Shown here: positions 46,501 to 58,713 of the stretch, in pieces
Numbering within the stretch: position 1 is the first letter of the stretch
Layout: each line of letters begins with the position of its first letter
Origin: Mytilus californianus
Lineage: Eukaryota
Length of the DNA stretch: 64,000 nt
Direction of reading: 5' to 3'
Assembly (NCBI RefSeq): GCF_021869535.1
Contig: NW_026262679.1
Location: 19,220,001-19,284,000, forward strand
The notes under the pieces: generated by a model
The model's input: only the letters and a program-made list of their open reading frames with translations
Database searches by the model: none
What the model was told of the DNA's origin: nothing
Program-made: the position numbers and the translations under genes

Positions 46501-49500
46501 CTTCTATATAGAAACTTATTTTGAAACTTTAACACCAACATATTTTCAGTATAGAATTAAAGAAAGTTCCTTATCTTACAATTTACTCATGCTTAGTTTG
46601 AGTGAGACTTTTTTATACTATTATTTTTATAACTGTAGATTCTGTATAAACAAACCTGATAGCAACCTCTTTTCTATTTTTTCTATACTTTGCTTTAGTG
46701 TGAAGATCAGAGGTGACTGAGGGACACTTATGGGGAGCTTGATAAATCTGTTATGTAGGTCGGGTTTATCTGGAAAAAAATCAATGTACAATAAATATGT
46801 TTGTAGTTCTAGTTTGTCTGGAAAGGACATAATTGTGCAATAAATCTGTCTTGTTTGAACAAAAACTCATTGTACAATCTGTTATGTAGCTCTAGATTGT
46901 CTGAAAAAAGGAAGACACCATTGAATATCTGTTATGTAGTTTGGCTTGTTTGAAGAAGAAAAAACATAATTATACAATAAATCTGTTTCTAGTTCTGCCT
47001 TCCCTTAAAATAGGACACTGTTTAATCTGTCATGTAGCTATAGTTTGTGTGAAAAAGACTATATAGTGCATTTTTAAAATTTTTAGTTTGGTCCTAGCAA
47101 TTATTGTTCAATCAATCAAATAAGAAAAAGATATCTATGTACAACAACAGTGCTACAGAGTTTATATTCTAAACCATCAATGTTGGTTTGTTGCCTCAAT
47201 AGCATATAACTTAACATATTTTATTCATAATACTAGTACATGTAATGGATTAACTACATGTACAGAGCATAGATAATATGACAATGATCTTTCAAAGGAA
47301 GAAATCACATATAACTTATAATTTACATTGTATTTGTACCTCTTAGTGGATTAAGCATTGATAGCTTCCACTCAGAAAATTTCCAGGTTTCTATATCACC
47401 AAACTCATTTACAAAATAACTGTCAGGTGAAGCTGTAAATACTCCCCCTGGGAACTTACATACTGACACAACAACTATAACTCTTCTGGCCTAGAAAATA
47501 AACAAAAGTATGCGTTAATTACTATACTTGAATCAAAGGAGATAAAACTGAAAACTGGTACCCACATCATAATTACAACTCTTCTGGCCTAGAAAATAAA
47601 CAATAGCATGAGTTAATTACTACTTATGAATAAAAAGAGATAAAACTATGTATGGGTTCCCACACCATAACTACATCTCTAGCCTAGAAAATAAACAACA
47701 GCATGAGGATAAAACTATGTACTGGTACCCATACCAAAACTACAACATGGCCTAGAAAATAAACAATAGTATGAGGATAAAAGTATTACTTTTACCCACA
47801 ACATAGCTACATCTCTTCTAGCCTAGAAAATAATCAATAGTATGAGTCATACTAGTAGGGCCACTACAACTGCAACTTTTCTTACCTAGAAAATAAACAC
47901 TAAGATTCCACTATATGCTGTCTAAAACCAGAATAAGATATATACATGTGGTCAAAAATGGTATCTATTGTATCAAATACCAATGAGTAAATTACATAAC
48001 ATTTTCAACTAGTGTGATACAATATATTTTTTTCAGTCCTCTCCATGTGTGTAAGTGTATCATTACAGCTTTTTGTAACCATGAGCTGTTCCCAGGTATT
48101 GTTAGACCTGAAGATCATAAAAGGCATTTATTTAATATATCGCACAGATATTGATTTTATTAACATGTCTACTATACTTAAAGTCTCTACCGTTCAAAAA
48201 CTTTGTTTATGATAACATAGAACCAGACTGCTTAATCATTACATTTTTTTTAACTTCAAGTCTAGTTTTCTTTATGAAAGAAGCTTAAATTACCCTCAAT
48301 ATGTATTTCATAAGGTTTTTGTTCTACTGGGTTTTTTTTATGTCTTGGGGGTTTGTCCAGATGGCTCACGTCCATGACCTAAGAAATTAATAAATTGATT
48401 ACTAATATGCCCATTTCTAGAATAAGAAACAAACTTTAAGTACTCACAAAGTGTTTGTTTTTGTATCGACCGACAAAAAATGGTTGTATGACAGATTGTT
48501 TCCTTTTCTAAATTTTAAAGTTTTCTTAAACTGATGAAGTTAAAATCATGGGCACTAAAAATCATTAGGTAAAAATTGTGTGCTTAAATTTTCTTGAAAG
48601 CTTCCAAATTCTTTAAATTCACAAGAACTTATAAAAATTAAGTTATCTCCCATTCTTTAAATGTTATAATTGTGTAAAATGGTTATTGTCAATAATAATC
48701 TTAATACTTTGAGAACATTGCCACAGTAACATATTTATAACCTTGCAAATTGATTAGAGGTTTTGGTGAATACCTGTCTCAAACTCATAAGATCTGATCA
48801 ATTCTAAAACTCAAATAAATCTGCAAGATAAATGTGACATTCAAAAATAGAAACATATATTAAAATGAGTAGGATTGGATCTTTGATCTTATCTTTAATT
48901 TACCTTTTTCTTTGGAGAGCCAATAACAGGTTTGAAACAGATGTCCCAATGTTTTCCTTGTTCTGGTATAAACTCTTCATCTCCCCAGATCACATTCTCC
49001 ATACGACCATTTATCAGCTCAACTATAAAATAAATTCTTAAGAACTAGATTTAATGACAATATAAATATGAATAAATGATATACATTGTTACATGCTCAG
49101 AAATACTACTGAAATATTACATATTATTATATACTTAGTAGTAAATACAGATAAATTGTATGTGTAATACAATCATTGGCAATCGTGCTGTATCAGCCAC
49201 CCGTGATGACATCGATATCAGCACGGTTGCAAAGGCTTTATCACACCTTTAATCTGTATGACGTCACGTCAGCGATTGTAGTCACTGTTGCAAACCCTAA
49301 TCTGTATGACGTCATGTCAAACCTATATTATAATCTGTATGACGTCATGTCACATAAAAAGCATCTACGTGAGGTATATATGTATACAATAAAGTGTATA
49401 TGATATGGCTTTTTCAATATCACACACTGTATCAACCCTCAACCAATATAATCCCTCGAGCAGAGCTCTTGGGATTATATTGGTGTCTCGGGTTGATACG

Positions 49501-51436
49501 GATGTGATATTGAAAAAGCCATATGATATTCTCTATATAATTAGATTATAGAGGGTAGTATATGCATTTGTAATTTATTATTCAATTCCTTTATGATCAG
49601 CAAAAATTAATTCAATTAGAGAAAATTTGAAGCTTTTTGCCCTCATTTCAGAAATACATCCATGACCAAACATATTTATATACATGTATGACTTCACTAT
49701 ACAATACTTGCAACTTAATATCATACTAAAAAACTATAGTAAAATGAATATCAACACCACCACATTATGTGTCAGCACTAAGACAGGCTATATGGATCCA
49801 TACATATTATGTTGTTATTTGTATGTCTTTATTGTTTTTAGAGGAGTTGCATATTGGTATGTTCTGCTGCACTGTCCAATATCTTTAATAATTATCATTA
49901 TCCTTTTTATGTAATATACAGTCTTACCTTGTTATGTCGAAAACACGGATGAGTCGAAGTTATTTCTCGGTCCCGGTAAAATTCCCGTTTGATCAATGCA
50001 TTTTAACCTCTGATGAGTGGAACTGGGTTGATTTCGAATTCTTGGTTAAGTTGAGTAAATGTCATAGTCCCGTCGATGTAAAATTAATGTAAATTGACCT
50101 CAATGTCTCGAAATTCGAAAGTAAGAAATTTTGAAAAATGTAGACTTAAAGATAAAATTCAAATCAGATGTTTTTTCGTATGTCACCTAATCATTTTCAT
50201 AAGTAATTAGAGCTGTGTAAGTATAATTGTTTGCATAACAGTTAAAATGAAATGTTTATGGTGACCGGTAATTAACACCTTGGTTCATCGTCCATAAGGA
50301 ACTTTAGTTTGCTTAACATATTTTACATAATATAAAAACCAAATTAGTGAATCGGTAGAATTAAAATTCATTAATTACAATGATCAAAAGGATTATGACA
50401 ATTATGACAAATTAACAATAATTGAATTCAAAACAGACCCTCATCAGTGATATTTCAACTCAGCGAATGATTCCGAAATTTATAGTGACTGAGCTTTGTA
50501 AATATTTGTCTACTGGCCTATTGATTTAAATTATTTGTGAATGTTTTTTATATGTACTTGTGTATTAAATTATAATGATGGATCAAAAAATATGGAGCTT
50601 GAATACACAATAAATTGTCATATCGAAAAAAAGGCAAACTGTTCAAAATATCTAGTTAACACAAATCTCATACCGTCTTTCATGCATTCCAAATTTATGA
50701 TGCCATACTTGACCTCGACCTCGAACCTAGGATGAGTTGAATACTTTTGTCTGGTCCTTTCGACTTTGACTTAACGAGGTTCGACTGTATAACAATTAAT
50801 GCATGTAATATAAGTGTAATAGTTTTCCATATTAAAGTGTCCAAACCTGTCCTGTCCTGGTCATCCTCAGATAACAGTTCACCCATTGCTGATGCCCTGA
50901 CATCATCAATACCAAATAAAATATGTCCACCTTCATGATTGGCAAATGCTGATATGTATTTCGATACCATTTGTTTGATTTTCTGTGGTATGGGTTTAGA
51001 ATCTTTTGATCCCCCTGATAGATATTTAAACTGTATTTGCTTGGTTTCTTGTTTTATTTTACTGTCAGTTCTAGCATATTCAAAATTCTCTGGAATTTGA
51101 GGTAAATCAGATATAGTACATGGTGCTCCTTTCTGTTGGAGTAATTTCATTACAGAATGGTAGGTAACTTCATGTGTTGCTGTGTCAGTTGGCAGACGAC
51201 AGTGGTAGTCAAGGGAACACAAATGTTCTGCAGATTTAACAAACAGATATAAATCTGGATCTGAATAATTTCCAACCATGTCAAAATAATTACAGATATC
51301 ATCACATGACAAAATGTCTGCAAATTTGTTTTCCATTCCACTCCACCAGGTATCTAGGTGTTTTGGTTGCACACCTATTTGAACATAATCTAGGTTTCTC
51401 ATATGTAGAATTCCACCTCCGGAGTTCAGGACAAAT
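42699..51436 (-). CDS. SLFN-like: Schlafen-like gene (AlbA_2 domain, SWADL-like linker, SF1 helicase); six coding exons; ~839 aa from Met at 51402
   Basis: Exons 50847-51436, 48904-49022, 47340-47490, 46656-46769, 45016-45754, 42699-43539 join with compatible phases and GT-AG introns. Motifs: LNSGGG, ISAFANHEGGHILFGIDD, ICDVLVL, LLTCDQ, GPPGSGKT, IVDEAQNF, DTVHRFSGLD. Confidence 0.88.
43987..44887 (+). mobile_element. HINE-type element in a Schlafen intron, ~160-bp repeat x5
   Basis: Perfect 13-bp subterminal inverted repeat TAGTCCCCTACCG (44022) / CGGTAGGGGACTA (44870); GACA/GACG microsatellite; GGAACAAAAT recurs every ~160 bp. Confidence 0.8.
45016..45754 (-). CDS. Schlafen-like exon (SWADL-like region and Walker A)
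   Basis: TTCTAG|AT acceptor, AG|GTAAAG donor; NCWGLQV...ICDVLVL, LWVHGPPGSGKT, LYLAENELL. Confidence 0.9.
46265..46505 (-). mobile_element. Interspersed repeat (AAGATGTGGTATGATTGCC family), reverse orientation, intronic
   Basis: GTCGCATTGGCAATCATACCACAAC and TCATTGTTGAAGGCTGTAC match the reverse complement of 3049/30683. Confidence 0.6.
46656..46769 (-). CDS. Schlafen-like exon (114 nt, phase 1-1)
   Basis: TTTTCCAG|AT ... TCAG|GTTTG; encodes DKPDLHNRFIKLPISVPQSPLIFTLKQSIEKIEKRLLS. Confidence 0.75.
47340..47490 (-). CDS. Schlafen-like exon (151 nt, phase 0-1)
   Basis: TTTTCTAG|GCC ... AGAG|GTAC; ARRVIVVVSVCKFPGGVFTASPDSYFVNEFGDIETWKFSEW aligns to vertebrate SLFN VxPFCCAVFSEAPxSW. Confidence 0.85.
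48904..49022 (-). CDS. Schlafen-like exon (119 nt, phase 1-0)
   Basis: TTTATAG|TT ... AAG|GTAAA; VELINGRMENVIWGDEEFIPEQGKHWDICFKPVIGSPKKK. Confidence 0.82.
49403..49524. repeat. ~120-nt foldback palindrome (MITE-like) in a Schlafen intron
   Basis: ATATGGCTTTTTCAATATCAC...GTATCAACCC...ACCAATATAATCCC is mirrored by GGGATTATATTGGT...GGGTTGATAC...GTGATATTGAAAAAGCCATAT. Confidence 0.85.
49919..50787. mobile_element. Tc1/mariner (pogo/Tigger-like) non-autonomous element
   Basis: Imperfect TIRs CAGTCTTACCTTGTTATGTC and reverse-complement CAGTCGAACCTCGTTAAGTC, both flanked by TA. Confidence 0.65.
50847..51436 (-). CDS. Schlafen-like AlbA_2 domain exon
   Basis: FVLNSGGGILHM..., QETKQIQFK, ISAFANHEGGHILFGIDD; donor ACAG|GTTTGG at 50847. 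The 5' boundary is inferred from a TG (not AG) ended pyrimidine tract. Confidence 0.85.
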
Positions 51437-51890
51437 CAAAGTAAAAGTAGATTTAAACATTTATTTAGATATTTCTTTATGCTGTTTCTGTGACTATGTA
51501 ATTGCTATGTTTTATCACATCAATTTTCTGATATTTTAATGTTTGTTTATTTCCTTTTTGCAACACATCTTAGAAAGTCTATTTTCAATTTCAACACTTC
51601 TGTGCATACATTTATTAAGTTTTATAAACAGATGTGAACAGTCCTAAGTAATATTCCAGTTAAATGTATGTATTTTCCTTATCAAATCATTTTATCATAG
51701 CTATTTCTGTTTATAAATCTACAAAGAGTTATCGTCCATTAATTTTCTTTCATTTGAGGCATTTATAATTATTTTTCAAACAGATCATACAGATGCAGCT
51801 TTACACTGTGATTTTATTTATTTTTATTTTCTTATTATACAATGTACATTTAAATCAAATAAGGTGCAATGATTGCTATGTTATTCTTAC

Positions 51891-54540
51891 ATTTCTTTAG
51901 CTTCTAAAGCTGATGTTCCACTAGACATTCTTTTTCTTTTTACTGTTGAATCATCTGAAACATACCACAATAAAAGATATAAAGAATATAGTTTTTTATT
52001 ATATTGTTGAGTTGCTTATCTTAGCTTTATGCAGCAATCTAGGTAGAGCAAAAAGATTGTTTATCAATTGCTGCTTTTCAAGTATCTTTTCATTTCTACT
52101 ACAAAATATTTGTTTAATGATTTGGTATCATATGCATGAGAGGATATGCTTAGCCTTCCAGAGTACCTGATATCACATAGATAAGATATAAGATAAGAAA
52201 AGAAAAATTTATTTTGATTTGGCACAAGTTAAAATACAAACACAAGCTCTAAGGAGCTTTTGACCGAATATAAAAACATATACATAACATAAAAACAGTC
52301 TAATTAAACATATATAACAACCTGTAATACAGAGTTGAACCTTACATACATAGCATGCAATAAAAAGTTAGCAACAAATTTATAATGAAGTGAAACATTT
52401 TTTACCTACATTAAAGTTTAAAATTTAGATTAAAAATATGGTAACTATTTAAATAAACAGATTACTTTTAAAATAGTACTTTTACACAGTTTACATTATA
52501 TCCTTCTGCTTTCAATATTCTATTTTCCTACCATTTTTGCATTTGTAACATTATGATTTATCTTTCTCAATCACTTGAAGTCTTCAATACACTTAAGCTT
52601 CTTTCTGGTATAGAGTGGCTTTAATGTTATTAAAGTTAACCTGTACTTTTGGTGTCATTCTTACTGATATGTTGACTTGCATTGTACTTAAACCTCCCCT
52701 AAATCAAGTAAATTCCTTTTAAAACCCTGTCCAGAAAAAAAATTGAACAGCAACTAGTCACATTAGGAGTAAATTTACCAAATAAAACTGCTGAGCAAAA
52801 AAAAAAAAAAAATACTGTATAGTGTGAAATTATTAAGTCTAGTTTATGTAATTTGGTCAAAATGTTTTTTCCATAGTTGTGAAAATAATTCTTTATACAT
52901 TTTTTGTTCAATATGAACACTTATCAGTTACAACCATGACAACAGTAGAGGACTAAATTGTCATTTTCATATAATTTAACATGTGAATAAAAGGAAATGT
53001 GGGGTATAAGAAATAGAGGTAATCGTACTGTCTACAACAACAAACAAGTGTCTACAACAACAGACAAGTGTCTACAACAACAGACAAGTGTCTATACAAC
53101 AGACAAGTGTCTACAACAACAGACAAGTGTCTATACAATATGGAAAGCTCTAAATCACCCAGAGTCTAGAAATGGTTAAATGTCATTGTCTAGATATCAG
53201 CTCTAAATGATAACTGTATATCACTACCTGTTGTTAATTCATCCCTGCTTACCCATTTTAGTTTTTGAACTACTTCATCCACACTAGCATGACTAGATTC
53301 ATGTACCAATCAGTCACCTTTTATTTTAGTTGTGATAATCACCTTCCAGGACATATCTAACTTCTTGTCTTTGTCTACAAAGAAGCATACATCAAACTTT
53401 ATAATAAATTTAATGAAAAAACAAATTTTGGCTTAATTTTTTATTACGATTGTTGAAAAATGCACAAAATAGTGAGATTATTTATAACATTTCAGGAAAT
53501 GATGCACAAAAAACTGTTATGAAATTTTAAAATGTGAGTTTTTATTTTGTGACACCTATCCTGTCACAATTACCACATTACATGCAATAAATTGTTACAA
53601 ACATTTCTGAATTTAGTACAGTATACATGTTATTTGCATGTATGGTAGCTAAGGCTTGTGTTAATATTTTGTTTTCAATGAATTGTTGTAAATATCAGAA
53701 CTACAATAAAGGAGCTTGATAGCTGTGATGGAAATGATGGCATATACAAATTGCCATTTAAAAGAAAATGTATGGGTCTGACATATGGCCATAAAGTGTA
53801 ATAGAATTTATCCTAATCCTTAAAACAAATCATAACAAATGTTGTAAGACATCCAAGAAAACCTATAAGTCTAGACTGCTGATTATAAATGTACATGTAA
53901 ATGACAGCTTTCAATACAATGCATGACAAATACAAATGAAATACGGATATTGTTTAATTTAAATTTGCTGCTAAAAGAAATATCTCCCTTTTGCCAATCT
54001 CTGATTTAGTTCCCAGGTTTGGTTACATTGATTGTTTTTTGCTTTATGTCCAGTGGCAAATATTTCATGCATGTTCAGGACAAGAACAAATGAACACTTA
54101 ATACAATACAATGTAGGCACTGGTAGTTCCTACAATAGGGGACCGACTGGGCTGATGGGTTGGAAATTAGTTGGAATGTCACTGAAAAGTAAAGGTATAT
54201 TGGATAGGGATAGAAATTCAGCCTTGTAACAGGTCACCTACAGACCCCTCAAAGAGTTGTTTCAAGGGTTCTTGTACATGTTGTAGTGCAGAGAGCATGG
54301 CACACTCTTTGAACAAGTCATCAGATTTAACATCTGTATTATGAGATGGCTACAAATTTATATATCCTGCAGAGCCAGAAAGATACCCCACTTTTCCAAG
54401 GGTTTTACTACTGGTTGGAAATAGACCAAGGGATGACCATATTTGAATACCCCAGTTAACTCTTTGAATTTTTGGTTTGTTTATCATGTTTATACTTTTG
54501 GTTCTTTTCTAACAGTTTAATCATCACTTCAACATTTCAA
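51891..54540 (-). pseudogene. Probable decayed upstream exons of the Schlafen-like gene (51891-51954, 53228-53374, ~54239-54540)
   Basis: Good AG/GT boundaries and mutually compatible phases leading into 51436, but TGA at 53310-53312 and frameshifts plus a TAG in the 54.3-kb exon; no recognisable domain, so homology is unproven. Confidence 0.5.
53030..53140. repeat. ~20-bp minisatellite (ACAACAGACAAGTGTCTAC-like) x5
   Basis: Direct tandem repeats visible. Confidence 0.9.
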
Positions 54541-54844
54541 TTCAGTTTTGGATTTTCAAATATTTTGGCCTCGGTCATCACTGAAGAGACCTTTTAAAAT
54601 TGTCAAGATGACCATCTGGCATGTCTGGTGAAGTTAACAGCTGGTTATTGTTATTTTAGAGCTGCATGTACTAATACCTGTACCTGTAAGATACCTGTAA
54701 GATCGTTGTGGGGCTCATATGGAAGGATCCTATCCTTTTTTAGCCCACCTTATTTTGGTACACTTTCAAAACTGATACAAACATCAATCCTGCATGGTTT
54801 GGTGCAATATTTCACACAATAAAAAAGTTATAGAAAAACTATTT

Positions 54845-55685
54845 GTGTCCTCATCAATTACTTAACTGATACATTACTGACTCCCAATGATGGTCTATAC
54901 TAATTTTAAAAGCTTCCACAGTTTTTGAAGAAATAACTTCAACTGGTAGGTTATTCCAATCATTTATAATACGTTGTGAATAATGTCTTAAACGAAAAGA
55001 AGTGTTACATCTAAGTTTTGCTAATTTCCAATTATGCCCACGGGTATTTGTCCTGATGACAGTAAAAAATCTTTCATAAGATATATCTTCGATTCCTTTT
55101 ATAATTTTAAAAGCTTGTATCATATCACCTCTTCGCCTTCTGTGAGTTAAAGAAGGAAGTTAAAGTACTTTTAATCTTTCTTCATAACCTAAATGTCTTA
55201 TATCAGGAATTAATTTAGTTGCTCTCATCTGCATTTTATCTACTGCATTTATATCTTTCCTCAAATGTGGATACCATATTGTGCTTCCATATTCCACCTG
55301 GGGTCGTACCAACGCAACATATAGTCTTAAAAATGTACATTGATCTTTAAAGCTAAAAGTCCGGTTAATCAACCCAAGTATACTATTGGCTTTATTTATT
55401 TTACTTGAAATGTGTTGTGAAAATTCAAGATCATTTTGAAAAATAATTCCAAGATCATTTTCTTGTTCATCTTTAGTGATATCAATATTGTTCGTGGTAT
55501 AGACATTTTCAGGATTGTTTCTTCCATAGTGGATTCGCTTACATTTGTTCACATTAAATTTCATATCCCATAACTTGGACCAGTTGTAGAGTATGTCTAG
55601 ATTATTTTGTAAGACATCAGATTTAGAAGTTGGTGCATAAATTTTGGTATCGTCTGCGACAATTTTTACTATATAGTTACACTTA
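54845..55685 (-). mobile_element. 5'-truncated CR1-type LINE fragment (RT 3' end, disrupted)
   Basis: ADDTKIY, MKFNVNKCK, ANSILGLI.RTF, YVALVRPQVEY, HRRRRGDMIQAFKII, TRGHNWKL, SQRIINDWNNLP; stops split the ORF. Confidence 0.9.
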
Positions 55686-56359
55686 AATCATGTGCAAATG
55701 GTAACATTCCCTTAGCCCTATAAAGCAACTAGTTAAATCTATTTTAATCTTACTTAAACTAGAAATAAATGATTTGCATTGTCTACAATAATTAACAGTT
55801 AATTAACTCCTAGTCTCCTTATTCAGTAAATGAGTTTTTGGAAATCTAAAAACCGGAAATTCAACATGTATAGTAATTTCAAACAATAATGGTATGGCTT
55901 TAAATAAAATACGGGTTTGTCTATTACGGAGGGGCATAATGATCCATAATATATTATAAAATAGCATAATGATCCATAATATATTATGAAATATTATATA
56001 ATAAAAATTAAAAAAAAAAAAGGTGGGGGTCCATTCCCAAAGCGTCTGTGGCTTTTATAATAAAAAAATAATTCGTTCTTGTCATACTCTATATATGCAC
56101 ATGTTAACATGGGTAGGCATTACATTTTCTCAATAACTTTAAATAATAATGATGTCTTTACACTAAATCCGTCGGAGGTGTACTGATCAGATGCGAATCC
56201 AGGATTTCAGTGAAAAGGGGACCCGCGGGCCCCTAATAGACAAAGTTTGGAGTGGAACCGGTAAAAAGTCTGGATTTACCATAAATGTATCTCCATAAGG
56301 TGGCCCTAAATCGGCCTCTATTGATGAACATTTTAGCCTTGGAGAATATGTTTTATTTA

Positions 56360-56660
56360 GGGAACGACCATTTAACTTCAAAAGGGGGGGGGGGGGGGGG
56401 GTTATTGTTTTTTCCTAAAAAAATATTCTGATCCCCAATTTGAGGAAAAAAATATTGTGGTCAAGCAGATGACAAAAAAAAAATATTCTGAATCCAGATT
56501 CTTCCCATACGACGGTATAGTGTTAAATTTTGAAAAAAAATAATTGGATTGATAGCGTCGAAAAACTAAAAAAAAATGTTCGTGTTTTGCGCGAAAATTT
56601 TTTCTGACTTGGACAAAAAAAACCATAACTCCTCCCCCTTGAAGTTAAATGGTTGCTCCC
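56360..56660. mobile_element. PIF/Harbinger-type MITE
   Basis: TIRs GGGAACGACCATTTAACTTCAA and TTGAAGTTAAATGGTTGCTCCC, flanked by TTA on both sides (3-bp TSD). Confidence 0.75.
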
Positions 56661-57904
56661 TTATGACCATATATTAGTTGAATTATTGGGCTTTGAACTA
56701 GCTTTCAGTAACTCACAACACTCCTAGATTGGTACTTTGTGTCTTTCGTCGTTTTGTCGATTTTCTCTCTCTGGGTGTTCAACTTTGACCAATTTACGCC
56801 AAGTTTTAAAAAAACATGTTCGTTTTTCTCATTAATTTCATTGGATTAATTTCCTTCTCACTTGAACCAGTATATAGCAAAATTTTATTCTGGATGGAGT
56901 TAAAAATACAACACTTACTGTATTTAAGGGGTTTGATGAAATAACATATACATGTTTCGTTTCTCAGAAGTTTTATTGCATGTATAGTACACACTGCTAG
57001 TATGTAGAAAATAACTACAAAAGGGTTTCTTCGTAAAAACCATTAAACTTGACTGGAATGATTTCTAGGTCATAGATGCTAAATATGCACCGGGTGATAG
57101 TCCGCTGTGCGATTCTGGCATGTTTGAGCCTCTAGTTTCTTACAACTTGCACTATTCATAAGGAGGAGGATGATAAGAGCTATCATAAGGTCCCGATAAT
57201 CACATTTGAAAATGGTAAATTATTCAATCCTTTCAAACTTATGTTTATTTGAATCATAAATGAATAAGATGATTTTCTTTCATGTAGACATATCCATTGT
57301 AATGTCACTGAGATATTTGATCTCAAATAGCCGTTTCTACCCACATTAGCTTCATAAGTAAATTATCACAAAATGAGGCTATTTTGACAATTTATGCAGA
57401 TCATCGTAACTACAAAAAGTAAAAAAGAAAACGAAATAAAATGCGCAAAAACTCAAGCATGGACATCATGACTTATATCTGAACACCTGGAGAATGTTAA
57501 CCGTCAAACATACATTTTGTGCATTGCACAAGGCCATAATTTTCTCAGACTGTTTATGACGTCTCAACACTATTATCAGTTGGATATGTACTGATTGATA
57601 TTCATGTCTAGAAAAAAATTATTTATTTATAAGTCGAAATTGACTTTGATCTAGCTTTCGGTAACTTTGAGTACTCTTAGATTGGTACTTTGTGCTTTTT
57701 TTGTCTATCTGTAAGTGTTTTGTTGTGCTTAGTACCGGTGATGAGCCAATCCTTTGTCAACGGCTTTCACCAATGAGTGAAATCAATGCCGTACAGAAAG
57801 CTATAAAAGATCTCGGCATGCCAATATGCATGGGAAACAATTCGATCTTGAGGAGTCAAGAAGCTTTGTTTGTTCTTATGATGTGCTGTATCACAACTGT
57901 TCCA

Positions 57905-58200
57905 AGGTTAGGGCAGAGTTGAGGACTCACACACATGTTTACCCATCCACATTCTGCATGTGTCTGTCCTCATTCAGAAGTCTGTAATTCAGTGGTTGTC
58001 GTCGGTTGCTGTCTGTCATATTGTTTTTTCTTTTATTACTTTTAGTAACTCTCTTTTGAATTTGTTTCATGGTTTGCCATGTCGGTGCCTTTAAAGCTGA
58101 CTATACGTTATTGGTTAAGCTTATTGTTGAATACCGTCCTTTGGTTTCTGGTAGACAGTTTCATATTGACAATCATACCACATCTTCTTATATATTCTTA
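57905..58200 (-). mobile_element. Interspersed repeat (AAGATGTGGTATGATTG family), reverse orientation
   Basis: TGTAATTCAGTGGTTGTCGTC and GACAATCATACCACATCTTCTT match the reverse complement of 30683-31035. Confidence 0.6.
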
Positions 58201-58713
58201 TACTAGTTTAAATATTTATTTAAATTACAAATTCGAGGTGCCACAACAATTGTTTTTAACACATCTTTTATTATCGTAAGCATTTGTTTTGCAGTGAAGG
58301 TTTCAATATATTCATAACATTATCATGGTATTTGTTTTTGTCGATGTAAAAGCAAATAAAACTTACATTCAGAAGTTAAAGTAGAGTTCAGTTCAAGATT
58401 TTCTAAAAAAAACCAACACGGATACACATGCACAAAGTTATATACATATAAGACCAGACAAACTTCCTGCAGGAAATATAATACATGTTAACGTACACGT
58501 TTCAATAACTTAAAACTATACGACGTATATATTTGTATTATATATTTTATTAGAATAGAAAAGAAAGGATATGGGGTATCCATCCATGACACGAAATCAG
58601 TATATGCACAGCAAAAAACACAAAAAGCAAAGGAACAAACAAACTCTCACTAATTGCTGTTCTTCATGTTTTTTACTTTGGAAAATTTGTTGCTGGATTA
58701 TTTACCTAACGCG

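Noticed and set aside
48030-48110. Extra Schlafen exon after TTCAG at ~48108
   Set aside because: No suitable donor before a stop, and the flanking exons already join in phase 0 without it.
52640-52698. Additional upstream Schlafen exon
   Set aside because: An acceptor-like TTTAG exists, but the phase required by exon 53228 gives an immediate stop.
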